Assembly: GCA_029258795.1 (NCBI GenBank)
Contig: JAPDKB010000002.1
Span: forward strand, 50,822 to 114,821
From: an archaeon
Lineage (GTDB): Archaea; EX4484-52; WAPT01
Length of the DNA stretch: 64,000 nucleotides
Reading direction: 5' to 3'
The translations under genes were made by a program, and so were the position numbers. Positions 56,848-64,000 of this stretch are shown piece by piece (within the stretch, counting starts at the first letter, position 1; the number at the start of each line of letters is the position of its first letter). Under the pieces are notes generated by a model. It saw only the letters and a list, made by a program, of their open reading frames with translations. It did no database searches and was not told where the DNA came from.

Positions 56848-57024
56848 TTACTTCTTGGATGCTCCTCTCATCTGTTTCTTCTTCGGTCTTAATCTTTTAG
56901 AACCACATTTCCTGCACTTCGCTTTAGCAGGATTCTTAACCCTGATTCTCGCATTGCACCTCATGCAAACATAAACATTCCTGAACATTCTCTCCTCCAC
57001 AACTTCCGGTCTGGGCGTGGCCAT
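56848..57024 (-). CDS. rpl40e: Ribosomal protein L40e
   Basis: Hand translation of the minus strand: MATPRPEVVEERMFRNVYVCMRCNARIRVKNPAKAKCRKCGSKRLRPKKKQMRGASKK*; C-x2-C...C-x2-C zinc ribbon; below the 60-aa ORF-track cutoff. Confidence 0.75.
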   Translation of the reverse strand: MATPRPEVVEERMFRNVYVCMRCNARIRVKNPAKAKCRKCGSKRLRPKKKQMRGASKK

Positions 57025-57101
57025 GAGACATCACCATCAAAAACTGAACACGGAGTTTGAACACAATTATGCTGTTGTGTAAATTTTATAAATATTTGGC
57101 A

Positions 57102-57689
57102 TTATGGCTGTCCTTTTTCATGTTTCTCATTCCTCACCAGCTTCTCAAGCTCATCGGACCAGCTAACCGATCCAATTTCGTACTCTTCCTCTTTTACCCC
57201 GCGCTCAAGGAGAGCAAGCATAACTTCCACCACGTCATCAGGCGGGGTGGATGTGGTGTCTATTTCGTAAGCCATTTTCCATCTTTTCAAGTGATACGCT
57301 TCTTGAGTTATCACATCCAGTATCTCCGCCTCAACGTTTTCCCTGATTTTTTCCGGACCCCATCCTTTCGCTTCAAGACGTTTTCTAAGTTCATTCGGGT
57401 GGCACCTTAGAATGAAAAGAGCATCGACCTTTATGAAGTGCGCCAGGTGTCCCTCTACCACAACATGTCTGGAAAGGTTAGCCTTTTCCAGCGCGTTTTC
57501 CAGCTTTTCAACATCAACAATATAGCATTTTCTTTTCTTATCATAACCTTCTATTGCTTTAAGTTTCTCAGCAAGCTCATTAACTTCAACTACTTTCCAT
57601 CCCAGCCTTCTTGCAAGTTTTTGGGCAAGAGTGGTCTTACCAGTTCCGGGAGTGCCTGTTATCCCGATGCTTTTTACGTTCACATCCAT
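57102..57689 (-). CDS. Putative adenylate kinase (AK6/Fap7-like)
   Basis: Walker A IGITGTPGTGKTTLAQKLARRLG near N-terminus; ~190 aa; first ATG at 57689. Confidence 0.6.
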   Translation of the reverse strand: MDVNVKSIGITGTPGTGKTTLAQKLARRLGWKVVEVNELAEKLKAIEGYDKKRKCYIVDVEKLENALEKANLSRHVVVEGHLAHFIKVDALFILRCHPNELRKRLEAKGWGPEKIRENVEAEILDVITQEAYHLKRWKMAYEIDTTSTPPDDVVEVMLALLERGVKEEEYEIGSVSWSDELEKLVRNEKHEKGQP

Positions 57690-57697
57690 AGACGTTC

Positions 57698-59911
57698 TCA
57701 ACCTCTTATTGTTTGAAAAATGAGCTTGATGATTGTGTTCAGCTGTTGAATTAATTCAGATAATAAGGTGGAAATGTTTTCTTTCATCTGACCGATGAAA
57801 ATGCGGACCCCATTACCTTTCAATTCTCCCCGCCACACAACTTTTGACCCCACTTCATCAAAACATACAATCTCAGCGTTCTTTCCGGAGAGAGGCGCAT
57901 CTATCATCACTCTGTTATCTCCAGCCAAAAGTTTGTTAGGGATGGGAACATAGTTTTTGCCATCAACCAAAACACTCAGATTGTGACATACATTGTTGAT
58001 GGAAATTAACAGGAATGTTCTGTTATCGCGTGCATACACATCTTTAACTTTCATCTCAGTCTTCTCTATGATCTTGTATACAACGGGTATGGCATCAACG
58101 ACCTCATCATTCATTAGGAGCTTCACCCAAACCATTCTTTCACCAGTTCCTCTGGGTTTGATGTTTGCCTCAAGCTCATTTTTACCATTTTCGAGTTTGA
58201 ATTCTTCAGCACCGATTTTGATGGTTAGATTTTGGGCTTTGGAAGGGTTGAAAATCTCAACTTTGATGGTGATCTCGCTTCCGTTATACACAGTACTGGG
58301 ATGGAACACACTACCAATGTACGGAAGCTTAACATCGCTGGTGGTGTAGCTTAGCACTTGATAACCACCATGTTCATCGAACACAAACATCCTCTGGGAT
58401 GGAGTTTGGGGGAGGTAAAATATTCGAGACTCACTTTGAAGATCATAAGATTCCAGCATGACATCATTACCCACATATAATTTGAGGGGAGTTACACACC
58501 CTTCTGCGTTCACAATAACACCCACATCCGCATTACTTTGCACCTCTTGCCTGAGAAGTGATGCACGCCAGCATTTTGCATGCGGTTTTTGGAGCGGTGA
58601 TACTTTAATTTCAACCGGCAGGGCTCGTGGTTCAGTGTAGTATGTGTTGAGCGTGAGGGGGCAGATGTATTCGTAGTGGGGGTCCAGCTGATTTGAGGCT
58701 TTGACGATCCAGTAGTGGTATGCATTCTTTCCCGCCGCTTCCGTAACATATGCTGTGCTGTCCTCAATTTCCAAAATGCTGGCGCCTTTACATGGCAGAA
58801 GAATGAGTTTATCCACTTTTGTCGTGGTTGGAGTTATCTTAACCCATACAACACCCGAGCCACCAAGAGGTAAGGTTAAAGGGGCAGCGTACAGCGCAAC
58901 ATCATCTCTTGGAAACTGCTTTTCAACCAAGCTTACTTCAAATTGGGGTTCTTCCGAGTTCCAGTTTATATCTCGTATGTTGTACCCTTCCACTTTTATG
59001 TTGTTCGATATCTTGTTGTCCAGATACGATCCCATATATATGTGGGTTGCATCCACATTACCCACTTCAAGCCATAAGACATCCACGGGAATCCATCTAT
59101 CACCCACATAGACCTCTGCTATGGCATGACTTTCCCATCCATTTTTGCCAAAAGCATAAACATGAGCATATCTTGCAGGAATGCCTATTGCTCTTGCAAG
59201 CGCTATGAAAAGGGTTGTATATTCAGCGCACACACCTCTCCTGTTTTTCAGAACCCACAACGCATCTTTGTTTTCATCAGCATATCCCTCATCATACTCA
59301 ACATTTTCGTTTACCCAGATAGCCAACGCTGCAACCTTCTCAAAATCATTTGTGGCATTTTGCGTTAATCTCCGGGCCAGCGATCGGATTTCGGGGGCGT
59401 TGCTTTGAATGTTCTCTGTCGGCAGGAGGTACTGCTGAATTTCTGCAGGATATGCGCTACCGATTAGATTGCTGCTTTCCAATGGGTGTTTCACCTCAAA
59501 GGATTTCGAAACCACATGAAACTTGAGTTCATATCTGTAAGTGTTGGGCGGATTCTTTATTTTCAGGCTGCATATTGTGTTCCCATCCTTATCCTTCAAC
59601 AACTCACATTCCGAAGGGTATGAAATTACGTTCTGCCATTTGTTGCTGTAAGGTATGCTCAGGTTGATTTCGAGAAGTTTACCTTCTCCATGAAAGCTTA
59701 CCTCTCCTTTAAACGTGATCCACGCATCCAGCTCTGACACATACCTTGCCTCAGTTGAATTTAAAACAACATTTTCCCGAGCCAAGGATAAATTGCTCAC
59801 AAAACTCAGGAAAATCATTGCTGCAAAGACGGATAAAATGGAGATGTTAATCCATCTACGGTTCCAGATAACAGATTTAAAAGTTAAGCACTCACTTACT
59901 ATCATACGCAT
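57698..59911 (-). CDS. Secreted transglutaminase-like domain protein
   Basis: 737 aa; signal anchor; catalytic-core-like GVCAEYTTLFIALARAIGIPARYAHVY...HAIAEVYVGDRWIPVD (Cys-His-Asp). Confidence 0.65.
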   Translation of the reverse strand: MRMIVSECLTFKSVIWNRRWINISILSVFAAMIFLSFVSNLSLARENVVLNSTEARYVSELDAWITFKGEVSFHGEGKLLEINLSIPYSNKWQNVISYPSECELLKDKDGNTICSLKIKNPPNTYRYELKFHVVSKSFEVKHPLESSNLIGSAYPAEIQQYLLPTENIQSNAPEIRSLARRLTQNATNDFEKVAALAIWVNENVEYDEGYADENKDALWVLKNRRGVCAEYTTLFIALARAIGIPARYAHVYAFGKNGWESHAIAEVYVGDRWIPVDVLWLEVGNVDATHIYMGSYLDNKISNNIKVEGYNIRDINWNSEEPQFEVSLVEKQFPRDDVALYAAPLTLPLGGSGVVWVKITPTTTKVDKLILLPCKGASILEIEDSTAYVTEAAGKNAYHYWIVKASNQLDPHYEYICPLTLNTYYTEPRALPVEIKVSPLQKPHAKCWRASLLRQEVQSNADVGVIVNAEGCVTPLKLYVGNDVMLESYDLQSESRIFYLPQTPSQRMFVFDEHGGYQVLSYTTSDVKLPYIGSVFHPSTVYNGSEITIKVEIFNPSKAQNLTIKIGAEEFKLENGKNELEANIKPRGTGERMVWVKLLMNDEVVDAIPVVYKIIEKTEMKVKDVYARDNRTFLLISINNVCHNLSVLVDGKNYVPIPNKLLAGDNRVMIDAPLSGKNAEIVCFDEVGSKVVWRGELKGNGVRIFIGQMKENISTLLSELIQQLNTIIKLIFQTIRG

Positions 59912-59941
59912 ATCAATTTATGTTCGCGAGGTGATTAATAA

Positions 59942-60907
59942 ATGTTTGAGATATGGACCGAAAAATACCGACCAAAACGACTGGATGAAGTTATCGGACA
60001 GGAACATGTTGTCTCACGTCTCAAAGCTTTTGTAAAAAGCAAGAACATACCAAACATGCTTTTTGCTGGGCCAGCGGGTGTAGGTAAGACAACATGTGCT
60101 ATCGCCCTCGCAAGAGAGCTTTATGGAGAGGAGAACTGGAAACAGAACTTTCTGGAAACAAATGCTTCAGACGAGAGAGGCATAAATGTTATAAGGGGTA
60201 AGATCAAAGAATTCGCGAGAACAAAGCCCATAGGAGATGTGGGCTTCAAGATAATCTTTCTGGATGAGAGCGATGCTCTCACACAGGAAGCTCAGCAGGC
60301 GTTAAGGAGAACCATGGAAAAATACGCCAACACAACTCGCTTTATCCTTTCCTGTAATTATTCATCTAAGATTATTCCTCCAATACAATCGAGGTGTGCT
60401 GTTTTTCGCTTCAAACCGATAGATCCGGAGAAGATGAAAGCACACCTGAAGAAGATATGCGAATCCGAGGGTATTGAGGTGACGGAGGAAGGACTGGATG
60501 CGGTGGTGAGGGTTTCAGAGGGGGACATGAGGCAGGCGATAAACATTCTTCAGGCGGTTTCCATCACCACCAAAAAGCTTACAGTCCAAAACGTTTACGA
60601 GGTGGCAGCTTCCCTTAAACCAGAGGAAGTAAAGGAGATACTGGAACTTGCTTTAAAGGGTAATTTCACTCAGGCGAGAGATAAGCTCATCGAGGTTATG
60701 GTTGAGCGTGGTATGTCGGGAGTGGATGTGATTAAGGGGATACACAGGGAGATTCTCGGCCTGAACATAGAGGAAAGAGAGAAGGCGCATCTTATTGATA
60801 GACTTGGGGAATATGAGTTCAGAATTGTAGAGGGGGGTAGTGAGGATCTGCAAATTGAAGCATTTCTTGCAGAAGTGGTAGCGCTAAAATCAAAATTGAT
60901 TAGATGA
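59942..60907 (+). CDS. rfcS: Replication factor C small subunit
   Basis: WTEKYRPKRLDEVIGQEHVV, Walker A GPAGVGKTT, DEAD-like FLDESDAL, SRC motif IQSRCAVFRF. Confidence 0.85.
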   Translation: MFEIWTEKYRPKRLDEVIGQEHVVSRLKAFVKSKNIPNMLFAGPAGVGKTTCAIALARELYGEENWKQNFLETNASDERGINVIRGKIKEFARTKPIGDVGFKIIFLDESDALTQEAQQALRRTMEKYANTTRFILSCNYSSKIIPPIQSRCAVFRFKPIDPEKMKAHLKKICESEGIEVTEEGLDAVVRVSEGDMRQAINILQAVSITTKKLTVQNVYEVAASLKPEEVKEILELALKGNFTQARDKLIEVMVERGMSGVDVIKGIHREILGLNIEEREKAHLIDRLGEYEFRIVEGGSEDLQIEAFLAEVVALKSKLIR

Positions 60908-61002
60908 TACTGCTCCTCAAAAGACCTCTTCTTTTCTTTTTAATCTTCGTGTCAAAATAAAATAAAAAGAAAGAGAAATTCAGTGCTTGCCCTTTATCTC
61001 GT

Positions 61003-61467
61003 TTAAGCGTACTTGCCGCTCAAGGTTCCTGTGTTCGCTATATCCTGAGTAAATCCTTCAGGTGTGTAGTATATTGTTGTTTGCAATGTGTAGCACTTTC
61101 CTTCCTTTGCATCGGAAATAGTTGCTGACCCCGAAATAACCGCTTTGCTTCCTGGCTGTAGGTTGGTTCCTCCGTTTATGTTCGTTACCTCAACATCACC
61201 CAGCTTCACTCGGGTGATATTCACCACTCTATCCATTCTGTTTTCCACTTCAATCTGAAAAGTCACTGTACCGGTATTGTCAGCATCCAAGGAAAATGTC
61301 CCTGTAGGAACAACTGCATTCACCATTTCAAAGCCATTCGCTCCTCCCGGTCCACAGGCCCTGTTAGAGAACACTTGGGTATAGAGTAAAGCACCCACTA
61401 TTGCTATCGCTAGCAACGCCCAGCCATACGTCATTAAGTATTCGGTTGCTGCCTGACCTTTTCTCAT
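61003..61467 (-). CDS. Archaeal type IV pilin (class III signal peptide)
   Basis: MRKGQAATEYLMTYGWALLAIAIVGAL: KG-Q cleavage motif with hydrophobic helix. Confidence 0.65.
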   Translation of the reverse strand: MRKGQAATEYLMTYGWALLAIAIVGALLYTQVFSNRACGPGGANGFEMVNAVVPTGTFSLDADNTGTVTFQIEVENRMDRVVNITRVKLGDVEVTNINGGTNLQPGSKAVISGSATISDAKEGKCYTLQTTIYYTPEGFTQDIANTGTLSGKYA

Positions 61468-61561
61468 GCTAACACCTCCTAAGAGCTGCTTAATGTTTTT
61501 ATGCCATAAACCCCTATATAAATCTTTTCCGCGGATATCTTCTCATTCGACAGCCAACTAA

Positions 61562-62611
61562 TTACAATATGATGCTGAATATCTTTTCCATAACCTTTAT
61601 CGTGCCATAATATATGCTGAGCGAAAGGATTATGAAGGGAGGTATGTATTTTATTGCCTCTTTTGCAGAACCGTTCTGAATTATGGAAATCAGTATGCTG
61701 GCGAATATTATGTTTATGACCAAACAGAGAATGGAGAAAATGGAAAAGCTATGGACATCCAGCTGAACAGGTTTCATGGTTATGAACCCTCCTCCCAAGA
61801 ATTGAGACGCTTCCTCCCCTATGGTTACACCACCCCACACAGACGTTGTGGTGGATAACAACACATTAGAAATCGCGAAAAGAAATGGAGCTGCTATGAC
61901 TCCTGCTATGAATATAAACATCATGTACATGGAAACATTCGACCTTATTTCCCGCTGGAGCACCTCAGCAGTCCTTAAATCGTTGGCAGTTTCCTCAAGC
62001 AAATTTGCTATTGTTCCACCTGATTTTATACCTTCAAGCAGCAGTTTTACTGTTCTTTCAAGGGATACAGATTTTACTCTATTAACCAGTTTTTTAAACG
62101 CCGTGCCGACATCCTCTCCTCCATAAATCTCGAATGCGACCTTCTTAAACTCCTGGGCAAGCTCCCCAAACTCGGGACGGGAAGCGAAAAGAATGGCACG
62201 GTCTATGGTAAGCCCTGACTTTATGTTGGCCGCTATCAGCATCAGGATGTCGGGAAGCACCGCTTCCATCCTTTTTCTTCTCCCCTCAGCCATGTAGGTG
62301 AAGAGAAGGTAAGGTAGGTAGTATCCGAAGGGAAGCATGATGAATGAAGGAATCAGGGCAAGATGAATCGGTACATGAAATGTAACGAAAAGAACAGCAC
62401 TTTCTATCAATCCCACGAGCCACATTATGAGAATTAAAGCTCCACAAAAAACACTTTTATCTCCCTCTATCCCCGCATATATTTTTTCTTTTTCAATCTT
62501 TTTCCTGTATTTTCTTGGCAGATAAGAGTAGAAGGTGTACGCTATATCCTTTAAATTCTGTTTTACATTCAATTTCCTTATCTTCCTGTGTGTGAATTTC
62601 AATTGCTTCAT
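61562..62611 (-). CDS. Pilus assembly membrane platform protein (T2SS-F domain, TadC/FlaJ-like)
   Basis: 349 aa polytopic; central cytoplasmic domain AVLPDILMLIAANIKSGLTIDRAILFAS...LLEGIKSGGTIANLLEE. Confidence 0.55.
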   Translation of the reverse strand: MKQLKFTHRKIRKLNVKQNLKDIAYTFYSYLPRKYRKKIEKEKIYAGIEGDKSVFCGALILIMWLVGLIESAVLFVTFHVPIHLALIPSFIMLPFGYYLPYLLFTYMAEGRRKRMEAVLPDILMLIAANIKSGLTIDRAILFASRPEFGELAQEFKKVAFEIYGGEDVGTAFKKLVNRVKSVSLERTVKLLLEGIKSGGTIANLLEETANDLRTAEVLQREIRSNVSMYMMFIFIAGVIAAPFLFAISNVLLSTTTSVWGGVTIGEEASQFLGGGFITMKPVQLDVHSFSIFSILCLVINIIFASILISIIQNGSAKEAIKYIPPFIILSLSIYYGTIKVMEKIFSIIL

Positions 62612-63471
62612 ATTTTCACCGATGGACGTTTACTTCTAACCACCTGAACGAACATGTACTGAAAGACGAGCAGGGTGAACAAACCCACCGCAAGCATACT
62701 CTTATCCACCACCAAACCGACAAATGATGAAAGTATCATGAGGAAAGTTATGCCCAGCGAAGGCACGATTATCCCGAACATCATGTACATCAGGGTCCAT
62801 GGGTTGAGTTCCTGTCCGTATTTCTTTATCGCGATGAGCTGCTCTTTCAAAATTTCATCCACCACTGCTTCAAGCGATTTGGTGAGGTCTGCTCCGGTCT
62901 TCACGGCAGTGAGCAGCTGCCACAGAGCCCTTCTTAAAGGGAGAGACGGATTTTTGGATATGCTGTCCTCAAGCGCTTCCACCTGACTCTTACCGGCATT
63001 TATGTTCTCGATTATATGTCTGAACTCCTTTGACGCTTCTCCATACCCTTCGGAGACGGCAACCATGGCATGGTAGAGAGGCACACCCGCTTTAACCTGA
63101 ATCAGCAAATGCCTCAGAGCGTAGGGGAGATCCTCCTCTATCTTTCTGCCGCGCTTTCTCACGAGGAGTCGTGGATAGTAAAGTGAGGAATAGAAGTTGA
63201 CCAGAAAAAATAGAGGATATGAAATTAACCCCACTTTTATGATGAGGTTATCCTGCATTATAATTCCTCCAAGCAGAATGATGGTGCCAATCATGAATGA
63301 AGTATATACACCTTTGTAAAGCGAGACGGCTATATGCTCAACCAAATTAAGCTTTGATCTGGCTTTGACGAGATCGGCATTGAGATGAAAGAGGGATGGC
63401 TCGAGCTTCTTTGCAAGCGGAAAGAACTTCCTCGCTTTTTTGAGCATTATCTCATCATCGACACGAGGCAT
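62608..63471 (-). CDS. Pilus assembly membrane platform protein (T2SS-F domain, TadB-like)
   Basis: 287 aa; EDLPYALRHLLIQVKAGVPLYHAMVAVSEG...LLTAVKTGADLTKSLE; 4-nt overlap with the downstream paralog. Confidence 0.55.
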   Translation of the reverse strand: MPRVDDEIMLKKARKFFPLAKKLEPSLFHLNADLVKARSKLNLVEHIAVSLYKGVYTSFMIGTIILLGGIIMQDNLIIKVGLISYPLFFLVNFYSSLYYPRLLVRKRGRKIEEDLPYALRHLLIQVKAGVPLYHAMVAVSEGYGEASKEFRHIIENINAGKSQVEALEDSISKNPSLPLRRALWQLLTAVKTGADLTKSLEAVVDEILKEQLIAIKKYGQELNPWTLMYMMFGIIVPSLGITFLMILSSFVGLVVDKSMLAVGLFTLLVFQYMFVQVVRSKRPSVKI

Positions 63472-63477
63472 CGCACA

Positions 63478-64000
63478 TCACAGCGCTATAATTTTGAGTT
63501 CTTCAAGCAGGTCTTCGTCCAGAAGCACTCTTGGGTCTTCATCTTTCTGTGCCATCCTCACTATTTCCTCTTCATTTCTGTAGTATTCTGCCGTTATCTT
63601 GCCTATGGTGTTCACGGTTTTAATTCCATGTTTTTTCAACCACTCCAGAATCATCACTTTCTTTCGTATGTCTTCATCAATTTCTCGCTCAGTTAAGCCG
63701 GTGTAAAGATTTATCTCTCTGTAAATGCGCCAGCATTTGTTGAGCCGCTTAAAGGTATCATTTCCAGCATTCCATCTATAAATCACATTAAGACCAAGTT
63801 CCTTATCACCCGGCATTATCTCAACCATTTCCAGAGTTTTTCTAACTCCCAACCTCCTGTGACGGAACTGCACAACTATCATGTGCAGAGCACTGAGTAT
63901 GGAGGGTGGCAGTTCCATGGGGGGATTTGTGAGTCTTTTCACAACCTCCTCAGCCCTGTCTCCATGGAAGGTGGCGTAAGCGCTGTGACCCGTCCTTATG
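63478..64000 (-). CDS. Type II/IV secretion-family ATPase (FlaI/TadA-like), C-terminal part (5' end beyond window)
   Basis: Frame stays open to the window edge (...TGHSAYATFHGDRAEEVVKRLTNPPMELPPSILSALHMIVVQFR...), matching the C-terminal region of archaeal pilus/archaellum ATPases. Confidence 0.65.
   Translation of the reverse strand, partial: IRTGHSAYATFHGDRAEEVVKRLTNPPMELPPSILSALHMIVVQFRHRRLGVRKTLEMVEIMPGDKELGLNVIYRWNAGNDTFKRLNKCWRIYREINLYTGLTEREIDEDIRKKVMILEWLKKHGIKTVNTIGKITAEYYRNEEEIVRMAQKDEDPRVLLDEDLLEELKIIAL

Noticed and set aside
1-64000. CRISPR arrays, rRNA genes, integrases/prophage
   Set aside because: No regularly spaced direct repeats, no rRNA-like conserved stretches, and no tyrosine/serine recombinase-like ORFs were seen on reading the window

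Overview
Archaeal chromosomal window (archaeal markers: L15e, L40e, RFC small subunit, chromatin protein MC1, SRP RNA, class-III-signal pilins, XPD-like helicase, plus a gyrA 3' end). Housekeeping genes (ThiI, pyrK-pyrD fusion, pyrC, IscS/IscU, eight tRNAs) are interleaved with accessory material. The accessory material is an IS-rich island between tRNA-Val and a tandem tRNA-Leu pair, a DUF134 / NifX-like / CDF-NifX fusion / MinD-ferredoxin operon with a palindromic operator, an AT-rich ORFan island abutting the 3' end of tRNA-Gly, a vWA/DUF58/pilin cluster, and a type IV pilus-like assembly locus at the 3' edge. The most striking signal is in the tRNAs: seven of eight appear interrupted at non-canonical positions (T-loop, D-loop, variable arm), and the T-loop introns of tRNA-Ala and tRNA-Thr are about 80% identical by eye. 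All calls are by eye from the sequence and the ORF track; no searches were run. CDS coordinates follow the ORF track (some starts moved to the first ATG); RNA coordinates are hand-counted and may be off by a few nt.
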